Counted from the first letter of the stretch, positions 51,325-61,321 are shown. The stretch: DNA of 64,000 nucleotides from a bacterium (GCA_965216315.1 CBDCFN010000016.1:1920001-1984000), one strand, 5' to 3'. Numbers and translations are program-made. Notes: generated from the letters alone by a model not told the origin.

Positions 51325-52016
51325 CTACCATCAACAGTGAGGAAGCGGCCGCTGAGATATTTGAAGAGCTGAAATCCCACGACAGTGATGATGACTAACG
51401 CAAAGGGGCCCCAGACCTGATAGTTCGCCCAGGTTGCCGGGTCAGCGAGGCTCATCTTTTGGCCGGCCGCACCGAAAGATGTATATATAAAGGTGAGAGG
51501 TGCAACTCCTATAAGGGTCGCAAAAAAGAAATCTCGTAACTTGATCTTCGTCAGTCCCAGGCCATAGTGCAGGATCACCACGGGAGTCAAAGGCGGTAAA
51601 CGGAGCAAGAGAACCGAATGAAAGCTGGGGTTTTTAATATAATGCTCCCAGCGGCTGAGCCGTTCCGAGCGCGGCAACCATTTTTCAATACCACCTCTTC
51701 CCAACCAACGAGCTAACAAGAAGCAAATCGTTCCGCTCAGCATGGCACTCGTCAAATTCACCAGCGTTCCCATCAACACCCCAAAAAGCAATCCCCCGGT
51801 GACCGTCAAAATGAAACGTGGAAAAAAAAAGGTCGTGGCCACGACATAAAAAGCGCCATAACAAAGCGGGGCATATATTCCCTGGCTCCGAACCCATAAT
51901 AGTAGCCCAGATAAGCCATCTTCAGCGAGATAGGTGCCGAGCGGTGTCAAAAAATAAAGCCCCGCAACAGTCAAGACCAGGGCCAGTAGAAACATCATGC
52001 GATAGAGAGGGCTCAT
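51321..52016 (-). CDS. TVP38/TMEM64 (DedA/VTT) membrane protein
   Basis: GGLLFG..GT, LARWLGR, LRLPPLTP, ATLIGVAP. Confidence 0.88.
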   Translation of the reverse strand: MSPLYRMMFLLALVLTVAGLYFLTPLGTYLAEDGLSGLLLWVRSQGIYAPLCYGAFYVVATTFFFPRFILTVTGGLLFGVLMGTLVNLTSAMLSGTICFLLARWLGRGGIEKWLPRSERLSRWEHYIKNPSFHSVLLLRLPPLTPVVILHYGLGLTKIKLRDFFFATLIGVAPLTFIYTSFGAAGQKMSLADPATWANYQVWGPFALVIITVVGFQLFKYLSGRFLTVDGS

Positions 52017-52028
52017 GGAAAACGTCGC

Positions 52029-52454
52029 TTACTTGGCAAATCTCCTAACTATCCAGGAATCCACGGAAAACTTGCCCGGTCCCGTCACCAACAGCGTCAG
52101 ATAAGGAATTAAATACAGGAGCGCAAATTCCTGTTTCGAAAAGGGATCGTCGGCGTGAATAATAAAAATCGCGACCAGCATCGTAAAAGCGAGCGGAATC
52201 GCGGCCAGTCGCGTCAACAAACCAATCACTAGAGCTAATGAACAAAAAAATTCCGCGGACCCGGCCAAAAACAACGACGCCGCCGGTCCGATCCCGATCG
52301 GGTCGGCAAATTTTACCTCGCCGGCCTGAAAAAAGGCCTCGATCTTGCCCCAGCCGTGTGAAAACGCCATCATTAGCCCCACACTGACCCGCAACAATAA
52401 CAGGCCCAGGTCACTCGCCGAACCGGCCTTATCAGGCACCAAACAATTCATCAT
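52029..52454 (-). CDS. DoxX family membrane protein
   Basis: LLLRVSVG, HGWGK, GLLTRLAA, GPGKFSVD. Confidence 0.9.
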   Translation of the reverse strand: MMNCLVPDKAGSASDLGLLLLRVSVGLMMAFSHGWGKIEAFFQAGEVKFADPIGIGPAASLFLAGSAEFFCSLALVIGLLTRLAAIPLAFTMLVAIFIIHADDPFSKQEFALLYLIPYLTLLVTGPGKFSVDSWIVRRFAK

Positions 52455-52596
52455 TGTATCTCCCCTCGCTTTCCTATATACCGCTCATCTAAATAGCGGC
52501 ACCAAAAAAAATGAAACCATCTCCTAACTACATAAGGCTAAACGGTGCTATCTGGCCAGAAAAACCTTGTCACGTTAAACCAAATTACTAATTTTC

Positions 52597-54039
52597 ATGT
52601 TTTTACGGAACAAAGTTCAACTTCTCGCGTATCCGAACCGCATAGGTAGTAATCTCAAAGATTTACGGCTGTTTTTGGATCGCTATTTATCCAAATCTGT
52701 CGGCGGGGTGCACATTTTACCCTTTTATCCTTCAAACGCTGATAATGGGTTTTCACCCCTGACACATCTTGAAGTTGACCCTCAATTCGGAACCTGGCGC
52801 GATATAGAAGCAATCGCCAAGAAATATGATCTTTGTGCCGATCTCACTATCAACCACATCTCCGACGAATCCGCTGAATTTCTTGACTTCATCAAGCACG
52901 GGTACAAATCAAAATATGCGGATCTGTTCGTGCATGTTCATAAACTCGGTAATTTCAGCACGGACGATATGGCTAAAATTCATATCCGCAAGGAAAAGGA
53001 ACCTTTCAGAGATGTCTATTTTAAGAACGGTAAACAGGGTCAAGTCTGGTGCACTTTTACAACTCATCAAATTGACCTTAACTATGAGAGCCGGAACACA
53101 TTTGCTTTAATGAAAAAATATATGAAGTTTCTGGCCGGAAAAGGAGTCAAACTTTTCAGGATGGATGCGTTCGGATACATCACGAAACAGCGGGGTACGA
53201 GTTGTTTTTTTATTGAACCACAAATCTATGACCATCTGGAATGGTTTAAAAGTACAGCCGCCCAGTATCAGACCGCAATTCTCCCCGAAGTTCATGACCA
53301 TCCGAGTTTTCAAAGGGCCTTAAGCAACCGGGGAGCTTATTCTTATGGATTTGCGCTGCCCCCACTCCTTTTGTACTCGATACTTGATTGCAACAGCAAA
53401 TATCTAAAAGAATGGCTCAGAGCTTGTCCCCCCAACCAGGTAACCGTATTGGATACGCACGATGGAATATGCATTCCGGACGTGGAAGACCTTTTACCTG
53501 AAGATAAAATAGACGCCGTGGTGCAGAACGTCTCCGAAAGGAGTGCTGACCCGATCCTGCGCCGTTCCGCGGCTAATGTCCACAGTGTTGGGGCTATCTA
53601 TCAATTAACAACGACTTTTTATGACGCTCTCAAGAGAAATGACGATGCCTATATTGTCGCACGTGCCATCCAACTGTTCACGCCGGGCATTCCTCAAGTA
53701 TACTATGTCGGACTTTTGGCTGGTGAGAATAATATTGAACTCATGGAAGAAACAGGCTCCGTCAGAAATATCAACCGACATTATTTTACGAATGAAGATA
53801 TCAATAAAGCATTCAAGAAAAAAGTCGTTAAACGATTATTGCGTGTCATGGAATTCAGAAACAACTACCCCGCCTTTAATGGCCGATTTGACCTGCACTA
53901 TTCAAATGATTCCAGCCTGATAGTTTCTTGGACTAAAAACAAGCATTCCTGCAAATTATCCGTGGATTTTAATTTCAATAAAGCCATTCTCCATTATTTT
54001 GATAAGGCGACTAAAAAAACGAAAAAAATAACCCTCTGA
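52597..54039 (+). CDS. GH13_18 sucrose-phosphorylase family enzyme, probably glucosylglycerol phosphorylase
   Basis: GGVHILPFYPS, FRMDAFGY, LPEVH, LDTHDG; loops KIHIRKEK and VGAIYQ; adjacent to ggpS. Confidence 0.85.
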   Translation: MFLRNKVQLLAYPNRIGSNLKDLRLFLDRYLSKSVGGVHILPFYPSNADNGFSPLTHLEVDPQFGTWRDIEAIAKKYDLCADLTINHISDESAEFLDFIKHGYKSKYADLFVHVHKLGNFSTDDMAKIHIRKEKEPFRDVYFKNGKQGQVWCTFTTHQIDLNYESRNTFALMKKYMKFLAGKGVKLFRMDAFGYITKQRGTSCFFIEPQIYDHLEWFKSTAAQYQTAILPEVHDHPSFQRALSNRGAYSYGFALPPLLLYSILDCNSKYLKEWLRACPPNQVTVLDTHDGICIPDVEDLLPEDKIDAVVQNVSERSADPILRRSAANVHSVGAIYQLTTTFYDALKRNDDAYIVARAIQLFTPGIPQVYYVGLLAGENNIELMEETGSVRNINRHYFTNEDINKAFKKKVVKRLLRVMEFRNNYPAFNGRFDLHYSNDSSLIVSWTKNKHSCKLSVDFNFNKAILHYFDKATKKTKKITL

Positions 54040-54042
54040 TTC

Positions 54043-55620
54043 CTACCAGAAACAAATAACAAGCCATGCGGTCAGAACAACTAGGATCAGAGCTTGCACA
54101 CGATAGTCCTTATAAAACGGATAGCGTTGGTCCGGCAGGTAATCGGCGCGGCTCCATAAATAGGCTCCCAACTGAACACGTGTTTTGCCCGCGGGGTAGA
54201 CCCAGGTTAGAACCGTCATTACTCCCGTTGATACGGCTGTTAAGATCCCCGCGATAATCGTGAAATGCAGCATGACCATGCCAAGCTGAGACAAGATAAA
54301 CACAACGAGCGAAACAATGTGCCCGGTAATCAGGGTGTACAAGGCCGCCTGAGCGGATACACGTGACCAAAAGATACCGAGAATAAAAACCGCTGCCACC
54401 GGCGGCACAACATACGAAAAAGCCTGTTGGAGATAGGCAAACAAGCCCGGAAAATGGGCAATTTGCGGGGCCCATAACGCTGCGATTATCATTAAAATGA
54501 GTGTAGTGAAACGTCCGTAATTGCGAATTTGTCGCGGTGTCAATTCCAAGTGTTTTGGTTGGATGAAATCCATCACGATGAGCGTTGAAGCGGAATTTAG
54601 CGTGGAGTCAATGCTCGACATAATGGCCGCAATAAGAGCGGCCAAAACCAGTCCGACGACGCCTATGGGCAAGATGTTGGTAATGATCGTCGGAAAAACC
54701 AGATCCGGGTTTTGTAATGACGGAAATAACTGCAGTGCCATCACGCCGGGAAGAACCATAAAAAACAAAACAGGTAGTTTCAGTAATCCTCCCAGCATCG
54801 CCCCCCAGCGCGCATTTGCTAAATTCTTCGCTCCCAAGACCCGTTGTGCAATATATTGATTGGTCGACCAATAATAAAAACCCAGTATCGGAACGCCCAC
54901 CAGTGTTCCCAGCCAGGGCAAGGCAGGATCATCTATCGGTCGGATAACCGACATATGGCTTTGAGGAATCGTCGAAAACGCCTGAGCCCAAGAAAAATCA
55001 TAATTAGAAAAGATCATTCCCGTCATGAAGATACATCCGCATATCAGCACAATGGCCTGCAATACATCCGTATACACAACTGCCTTTAAGCCGCCTGCTG
55101 CCGTGTAAATCCCTGCAAATAAGGCCAGAGCAATGCAGACCTGCCAGATTACTAGTGAGGGGAAAATAACCTTCAAGACGAGGGCGCCGGCGTAAAGCCC
55201 TCCCGCCGTATCGACAACGATGCTTAGAAATATAGTAATTATTGAAAAATATTTCTGACAACGCGAATCAAATCTTTTTCCCAGAAATTCCGGGATCGTC
55301 GTGACCTTGTTCTTCAAATAAAGCGGAATAAAAAATATCGCCATGAAAACAAGGACCAGTGTCGCCATCCATTCATAATTAGATACAGAAATTCCGCTTT
55401 TATAGGCTTGTCCGGACAACCCGATCAGTGTCGTACTCGAGATGTTCGAAGCAAACAGTGAAAACCCGATGGCCATCCAACCTAAACTACGACCGGCAAG
55501 AAATAAGTCCTCTCCACTCTTGGTTCTTCGCGCCACTGCGATCCCGATTCCGAAAACAACGCAAAAATAGAGGATGATGATGGCGATATCCAGCGAGTGA
55601 ATAGGAAATGAAGACATCAA
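54043..55620 (-). CDS. Sodium:solute symporter (SGLT-like)
   Basis: FLAGRSL, SLFASNISS, GGLKAVVYTD, WSTNQYIAQR, AAIMSSIDSTLNS. Confidence 0.92.
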   Translation of the reverse strand: MMSSFPIHSLDIAIIILYFCVVFGIGIAVARRTKSGEDLFLAGRSLGWMAIGFSLFASNISSTTLIGLSGQAYKSGISVSNYEWMATLVLVFMAIFFIPLYLKNKVTTIPEFLGKRFDSRCQKYFSIITIFLSIVVDTAGGLYAGALVLKVIFPSLVIWQVCIALALFAGIYTAAGGLKAVVYTDVLQAIVLICGCIFMTGMIFSNYDFSWAQAFSTIPQSHMSVIRPIDDPALPWLGTLVGVPILGFYYWSTNQYIAQRVLGAKNLANARWGAMLGGLLKLPVLFFMVLPGVMALQLFPSLQNPDLVFPTIITNILPIGVVGLVLAALIAAIMSSIDSTLNSASTLIVMDFIQPKHLELTPRQIRNYGRFTTLILMIIAALWAPQIAHFPGLFAYLQQAFSYVVPPVAAVFILGIFWSRVSAQAALYTLITGHIVSLVVFILSQLGMVMLHFTIIAGILTAVSTGVMTVLTWVYPAGKTRVQLGAYLWSRADYLPDQRYPFYKDYRVQALILVVLTAWLVICFW

Positions 55621-55624
55621 ATCG

Positions 55625-57895
55625 CTACGATGTGGCTTTTTTTACAGAATCGAGAAAATCTTCGGCCCAAGTCTGGATATCATATTGGTTCACAATCTGA
55701 AAAAGTCTTTCCATATGCAGGACTTTGGTCTCCGGTTTTAGTTGGACTGCACGCTTCAATACACGCGCCATATCGGAAATATCATACGGGTTGGTCAACA
55801 AGGCTCCGTGCAGTTCAGCTGACGCGCCTGCAAATTCAGATAAAATCAGGACTCCCTCGGTATTTGTAGCATCTTTGGTAGCGACATATTCCTTGGCAAC
55901 TAGATTTAAGCCATCTCTCAACGGGGTCACCCAAGCAATGTCCGCAATGGTATAAAAACACAACACGTCCTCATATGAAAACGATTGAAAAAAATAACGA
56001 ACGGGATTCCATTGATAAGTCGCGAAGCGTCCATTAATTCTTCCTATCGCCTCATCGACTTCCGAGCGGATCGAACGATAGACTTTCATCCGCGGGTTTG
56101 GTGGTGTCCAAATCGTAATGAATTGCAATTTTTCATACCATTCGGGATTTTCCTCAAGAAATTTCTCGTAGGCTGCCAGCTTTTCCATTGGCCCTTTTGT
56201 GTAATCCAATCTCTCGACAGAAAGCACCGTGACTTTATCGGAAAATTCTCCGCGCAGCTTCTCAATCCTCTGTTTATTCTTCGGCTTATTGATCAAGTCA
56301 CGGATTAGTTTCACATCTGTGCCTACAGGATGAGCCCCCAGATAGACTGTACTCTCGACTGACTTGACTTTTTTAACTTCAGTGACCGCTCCGGACGCGC
56401 AACTATGCGTCAAATATCTTGGAGCCGCCGATTCCGATTCAAGGATCTCGAGCGGTCCATGCCCTCTCAAGGCATCAACAAAATTTTCTATATATCTCGG
56501 TATGTGAAAACCAATATAGTCACATTGGATGAGGCTACTTAATATCTCGCGACGCCACGGAATAATTGAAAAGGAGTCCGATGAAGGGAACGGCGTGTGA
56601 TGAAAAAACGCAATTTTGAGATCATGGCGGTCTTTTCTCAATAAACCCGGAACCATCCACAGGTTGTAGTCATGTATCCAGACCGTTGCGCCCGGATGGG
56701 CGATCTTCGACACTTCCTCTGCAAAGAGACGATTCACTTCCACAAACCGGTCCCAGTGCGCCTTGATGAAAGCGGTTTTGTCCGGAAACGAGTGCAACAG
56801 AGGCCAAAAGGCTTCTTTGGAAAAGCGTTGATAAAAAATTTCTATATCTTCTTTATCGAGCCATACCCTCGATAGCTTTAAATTAGGATAGTCGTCGGCG
56901 TCCGGCTGGAGAGCGGCGAGTTCTTCATTCGCCTGACGTTTATTACTGGCCGACGACGCGACCCAAACCCCTTCGCGCCCCTTGGAGAATAAACGCAGCA
57001 AGGTGGGCACTATGCCGTTCGGGCTTTTTAACCGCTTTTTAATATACTTGCCCCCCTTTTTCGCTTCCTCGAAAGGCAAGCGGTGATACACAATCACCAA
57101 TTGATCTGAATCACCCGCATTGACTTTTTCGCTTTTTTTAACAGTTTGAACGACCCCTTCTTTTGGTGCAACAATCCCACGCTGCGTTAACCCTTCGAGT
57201 ATGCCGCCGGTCCCCTCCTTGTTCGCGATAAACACGTGTGTCTTATTCTTAACGGAATTCACTAAATCTTCTTCGGAATTTCCGACGGCAATGCCATCAA
57301 AGGTCGTCTCAAAAAGCGAGAGGTCATTGAGCGTATCTCCAGCGACGACAACACTTCGAGGATCAATGTTTTCCAACTGAATGAGCTCCATTAACGTTGA
57401 TCCTTTTGAGACCCCCTTGGGTAGAAAATCAAGATAACGATCCGCTGAATACAGCACATCACAGTTCAATTTTTCAGCGGCTTGATATATTTCCTGGGAC
57501 AAGTTTTCTTTTTTTGTATAAAAAGAACAGCGCCTCTCTTGCGGTACATCTTGGCGTTCAAGCGACGGCGTATTTTCCAGCGCCTCTAGGACGACCGCCG
57601 TTCCGGGCCATTTTTTCTGAATTTCGCGTTGTAAAGGCTGGATCGGTTCCAGGTATTCACCGTCAACCACCGTGGCACCGACATCGGCAATGATATAATC
57701 CGGCCGGGGAATCACCGGATCTCTTAACAGAGGATAGACATTTTCCAAGCCGCGACCGGTAACAAAAATCAGCGTGGGGGGATGTTCCGCCGAAGAAAAT
57801 ATCTTATAGAGCTCATTTTTATCTCTTCTGTCGCCACCTAGAAAGGTCCCGTCCAGATCTGCTGCCAAGGTCAGGTTTTTCTTCACTTCATACAT
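55625..57895 (-). CDS. ggpS: Fused HAD-IIB phosphatase + GT20 glucosylglycerol-phosphate synthase
   Basis: ADLDGTF, GDTLND; YHRLP, SPNGIVPTL, HDYNLW, ERLDYTKG, RDGLNLVAKEY. Confidence 0.9.
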   Translation of the reverse strand: MYEVKKNLTLAADLDGTFLGGDRRDKNELYKIFSSAEHPPTLIFVTGRGLENVYPLLRDPVIPRPDYIIADVGATVVDGEYLEPIQPLQREIQKKWPGTAVVLEALENTPSLERQDVPQERRCSFYTKKENLSQEIYQAAEKLNCDVLYSADRYLDFLPKGVSKGSTLMELIQLENIDPRSVVVAGDTLNDLSLFETTFDGIAVGNSEEDLVNSVKNKTHVFIANKEGTGGILEGLTQRGIVAPKEGVVQTVKKSEKVNAGDSDQLVIVYHRLPFEEAKKGGKYIKKRLKSPNGIVPTLLRLFSKGREGVWVASSASNKRQANEELAALQPDADDYPNLKLSRVWLDKEDIEIFYQRFSKEAFWPLLHSFPDKTAFIKAHWDRFVEVNRLFAEEVSKIAHPGATVWIHDYNLWMVPGLLRKDRHDLKIAFFHHTPFPSSDSFSIIPWRREILSSLIQCDYIGFHIPRYIENFVDALRGHGPLEILESESAAPRYLTHSCASGAVTEVKKVKSVESTVYLGAHPVGTDVKLIRDLINKPKNKQRIEKLRGEFSDKVTVLSVERLDYTKGPMEKLAAYEKFLEENPEWYEKLQFITIWTPPNPRMKVYRSIRSEVDEAIGRINGRFATYQWNPVRYFFQSFSYEDVLCFYTIADIAWVTPLRDGLNLVAKEYVATKDATNTEGVLILSEFAGASAELHGALLTNPYDISDMARVLKRAVQLKPETKVLHMERLFQIVNQYDIQTWAEDFLDSVKKATS

Positions 57896-58170
57896 AAACG
57901 AGAAAACGGAGAACTATCGATCTCATCTGAGACCTCATTCGTCAAGGGGGGGGGCGGCCGAAGGACATGCTGTTCACGAGAAATACCCGCCATCCAATCC
58001 ATATTTTCGCAATTCTGCCCTGTTGGCCTACATTTACCGCATTGATAAAACCCTCATCGCATCAGACATTGCTGGATAATTGAGGGTAAAATGTTCCGAT
58101 CTGATACAGGTCGGGGATCACATTCACCGGGATGATCATAAAGAGTCCTTGAAATCATTGCGGATTTCCC

Positions 58171-58186
58171 TGGCACACGCCTTGCT
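58171..58186 (+). promoter_or_regulatory. Sigma-54 promoter
   Basis: TGGCACACGCCTTGCT, near-consensus -24/-12. Confidence 0.75.
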
Positions 58187-58214
58187 CTGTCCAAGAGCCA
58201 TGGAGGAATAATTT

Positions 58215-58655
58215 ATGAGCGACAGAACAAACGTACCGGGCACGAAGCAAACAAATCAAACTAATTGGAATTGGCGTGATAATCTACCTGGGAGTATCTC
58301 CCCAAAAGAGGCGCAAATCAGCGTCACTCCTGATGGCAGAATCGTTATCACTGCCTATGAACAGAGCAACAATGCCTGCAAAGGACTTCTTCGTTACAAA
58401 AAAGTTATTTATACGAATGGACAAGCAATCAAGTTTGGCGAGCGCGCCGACCCCGTTAGCCGTCCGCTTTCCAAGGACGACTGTGGTGGTCATGCCATGA
58501 TCACGTCTGCCTATATGAATGCGAATCGCGCCTACAAGGTCGAACCATCTAAACTCCTCGTAATAGGTTCCAAATTATATGCATCGGGCACTATCTCGGG
58601 TAAGGATTTATCAAATATTGTCGGTGCAGCAACACAATCCTATTTTTCCAAGTAA
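58215..58655 (+). CDS. Hypothetical protein
   Basis: GGAGGA RBS, sigma-54 promoter upstream. Confidence 0.7.
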   Translation: MSDRTNVPGTKQTNQTNWNWRDNLPGSISPKEAQISVTPDGRIVITAYEQSNNACKGLLRYKKVIYTNGQAIKFGERADPVSRPLSKDDCGGHAMITSAYMNANRAYKVEPSKLLVIGSKLYASGTISGKDLSNIVGAATQSYFSK

Positions 58656-58741
58656 AATAATTTATTAAACTTAAGGAGCAGTCGAGACTAAAAGCATAAC
58701 TAAAAACCGGCGAAATGGACGGGAATCGTTAGGAGAGAACA

Positions 58742-58908
58742 ATGTCCGAGAAAATAAATCACAAATTATGGACGGTAGTACTTGAAGGAATCGATCACAC
58801 GTATTCAAGACGATAGACGATTCAACGCGTGTCTACATAACTGGCAACAACCGCCCCTTGCTCAAACATTTTGACCAAGGCGTTTGTCTTAGCAAATACT
58901 ACGAATAA
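58742..58908 (+). pseudogene. Internally deleted paralog of the 58924-59448 gene
   Basis: MSEKINHKLWTVVLEGIDHTY resembles its N-terminus; out-of-frame TIDDSTRVYITGNNRPLLKHFD resembles its C-terminus. Confidence 0.65.
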
Positions 58909-58923
58909 ATATGGGAGAGCAAC

Positions 58924-59448
58924 ATGTCACGACTTAAACTACAATTACGTCAGGTTGAAATGAACGGTGACGTGCATAAATATATATTTCGGGTCACCGA
59001 TCCGTCTACCAAAAAAAGCTACGCCATTGTAGCCGTCGACGGGGACGGCGACGGCAAGATCGATCTCGACGCAACACAACGGCGTGATTATGTTACGTAC
59101 GTCGGCAATTGTGGACAATCGGCTAATCACGTCACGGCCCGCGATGTTTCAGCAATTCAAGATACGATAACTTATTTTCACCAACGCCGGGACGTAGAAA
59201 TAGCGCATGCCAACTTCCGCTATCGTTGGGAGCGCACGCCTGCCGGGATGATAGCAACCGGACTCAGCCTAGTCGCCTCGCTGGCCTCGAGGGCTTCGCG
59301 CATCGGAGCGCTTGCGAGAACGCGTATCCACTCGACCCATAATGATCAGGTCACTAAAGTGAGCTTTTATACGATCGATGGCGGCGTCCGCGTCTTCATC
59401 GCAGGCGATAATCGTGACCTGCTGAAGCGATTCGATAATCTTCTCTAA
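58924..59448 (+). CDS. Hypothetical protein with EF-hand-like DGDGDGKID motif
   Basis: ORF with GGAGAG RBS. Confidence 0.65.
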   Translation: MSRLKLQLRQVEMNGDVHKYIFRVTDPSTKKSYAIVAVDGDGDGKIDLDATQRRDYVTYVGNCGQSANHVTARDVSAIQDTITYFHQRRDVEIAHANFRYRWERTPAGMIATGLSLVASLASRASRIGALARTRIHSTHNDQVTKVSFYTIDGGVRVFIAGDNRDLLKRFDNLL

Positions 59449-59478
59449 AAAATCGGAGTTTATGATGACTGACATCAC

Positions 59479-60354
59479 TTAGTAAGTCCAAAACTCTAGC
59501 AAGCGAGGATCTAAAGCATAAAGTCTCTCTTCAGTCTTGTAACGAATTGTCAAATCTGACTTTGTTGGATCCCACCGATAACCACGACTCTCATGTATGT
59601 ACGTGTTGAAAGGCATGCCTGGAGAGGCTATCGACGATGACGTAGACGGATATTTATCATCTGGATGTGGCACAATACCATGCGACCAGAGAATTTTCTC
59701 CGTAACACCGACATATTGATAGAGGTGAACGGCGCCCTCTACGAACGGACAATCAGAGGCCAGACCCAGGGTTTCCGTCAGAAGGCGATATAAAGCCACG
59801 CCGCCGAGATTGATCTCATAATCCAGAAATTCCACCAGGTTTTTCGTACAACGGATGGCGATTGTAGAAGTACGCGATTCCTCTGACCTAGCTACGATGC
59901 GCAAGTCCTGTGGAGTGTCTCTATCCTCACCATAATCGAAATGTAACGTTGTTCCCTCCTTCGCTCTGGCCGGAAGGTGATAACTCATAATGCAATACGA
60001 ATCAGCGGAGAATTTCCTGAACGCCCATCGGTCAGAATAGCCCTCTTCCATTTCATCATTATCTAAATCCGGCTTCGTCATGCTCTCCATGAACTCCACA
60101 ACCTGGCGAGATTGACTAATAAAAGTGTTTGCATGTGTGGGGTCCAAGGCAACACTTTCTAATCGCGGGGATCCTTCCGCGTCTTGAATGACGGGGACGA
60201 TCACGGAGCCATGCTCGGGAACGGCTCGGAATGTATCGAGATAGTTGTCAATGCCACCGGCGGTCATAAAAGTAGTGACGGGATCGATTCCAGATGTCGC
60301 GCAGATACTGACAGTCAAATTTGCCGTCGCTGAGCTCCCTACTGAAAATAACAT
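59479..60354 (-). CDS. Hypothetical protein
   Basis: 291-aa ORF with AGGAGG RBS. Confidence 0.65.
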   Translation of the reverse strand: MLFSVGSSATANLTVSICATSGIDPVTTFMTAGGIDNYLDTFRAVPEHGSVIVPVIQDAEGSPRLESVALDPTHANTFISQSRQVVEFMESMTKPDLDNDEMEEGYSDRWAFRKFSADSYCIMSYHLPARAKEGTTLHFDYGEDRDTPQDLRIVARSEESRTSTIAIRCTKNLVEFLDYEINLGGVALYRLLTETLGLASDCPFVEGAVHLYQYVGVTEKILWSHGIVPHPDDKYPSTSSSIASPGMPFNTYIHESRGYRWDPTKSDLTIRYKTEERLYALDPRLLEFWTY

Positions 60355-60613
60355 ACCCTCCTATCGGAGGACATACATAATAGTTTCATTGTTAACGTCC
60401 AGCGACGCATTTTTATGTTTAGATTATTAGACACTTCATGACGCAATAGTATAACGCCTTGATTCAACGATTCAATAATTGAATCATGCCTCAAATAATT
60501 GCTCAGGCAATATACACATCTCCCCCTGAATTCGATCCCTCAGCCGTGGCGTCTAATATTCGGAAGCTGGCAGTTACCCAGGCCGTGTCGGAGACCATAG
60601 GCGTCGAGACCTC

Positions 60614-60642
60614 TTGCACCTTTTGATTAGACGTCTTAGACT
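60614..60642 (+). promoter_or_regulatory. Putative sigma-70 promoter upstream of the tmRNA locus
   Basis: TTGCAC-N17-TAGACT, 19 nt before the duplicated tmRNA 5' segment. Confidence 0.5.
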
Positions 60643-60661
60643 AAAGCCAGTTCTTTGAATT

Positions 60662-60860
60662 GGGGGCGATTTGGGTTCGACGGAATCGCCAGAAATGACG
60701 ATAGCAGGTCGAGGTTGACGTCATAGGGGCTTGCGTCGCCCCCTCCGGAAGCAAAGCTTGCGGGCCGATCGCAGAGCTCTCGGCATCTGAGGCACCAGAG
60801 GTGCTGATCCAAGCCTCCCCTTCTCGCTCGCGTTGCTCGCTAGACAACCTCGGCAAAACA
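60662..60860 (+). pseudogene. Duplicated 5' segment of tmRNA interrupted by a dispersed repeat
   Basis: 60662-60717 matches 60965-61020 at 53/56 nt; pk1-like stem partner CAACCTCGGC at 60845-60854. Confidence 0.8.
60723..60843. repeat. Dispersed intergenic repeat (copy 2, longer core)
   Basis: Ends match 21109-21132 and 21150-21181. Confidence 0.75.
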
Positions 60861-60964
60861 TATAAGGTGTTCTTTGAAACGATGAGGGATTGTTAAGGGG
60901 GAGAGAGTTTTTCTTCCCCTTAACTAGAAGCCAATCCGAAGCTGCGCTTTCGGTTGGCTGCAAT

Positions 60965-61321
60965 GGGGGCGATCCGGGTTCGACGGAATCGCCAGAAGTG
61001 ACGATAGCAGGTCGAGGTTGTCCGAACCTTGTCTAAAACGGACACAGGCTATAAACGCCGATCATGATGCGCCTTTGGCGCTTGCTGCTTAATTAAGCGG
61101 CCGTCTCTTAGGTTCTTGTCTGCGGGATTTAATGAGACGCCATTTGCAGACTGGCTCAGAGGACATTGTCTTCGAAAATCTGGGTGAGAAACTCCGAAGG
61201 CTAGCGGCCGAACCCCTGTCGATGGGGAAACTCGGTGGCGAATCACTAATCATCGACTAAGCCTGTAGCGATCGTCATGGAAGCCTTCCGGACGGGGGTT
61301 CGATTCCCCCCGCCTCCACCA
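60965..61321 (+). ncRNA. ssrA: tmRNA
   Basis: GGGGGCG/CGCCTCC acceptor stem with G3-U, T-arm GGGGGTTCGATTCCCCC, ACCA end; tag ORF 61057-61092 ADHDAPLALAA*. Confidence 0.96.

Noticed and set aside
57946..57954. G9 tract upstream of ggpS as a phase-variation site
   Set aside because: Non-coding and not demonstrably within a promoter spacer
60486..60626. 46-codon ORF upstream of the tmRNA locus
   Set aside because: No clear RBS or recognisable motif; overlaps the putative promoter
60662..61321. Permuted two-piece tmRNA
   Set aside because: 60965-61321 is a complete one-piece gene in standard order; the upstream piece duplicates the 5' end
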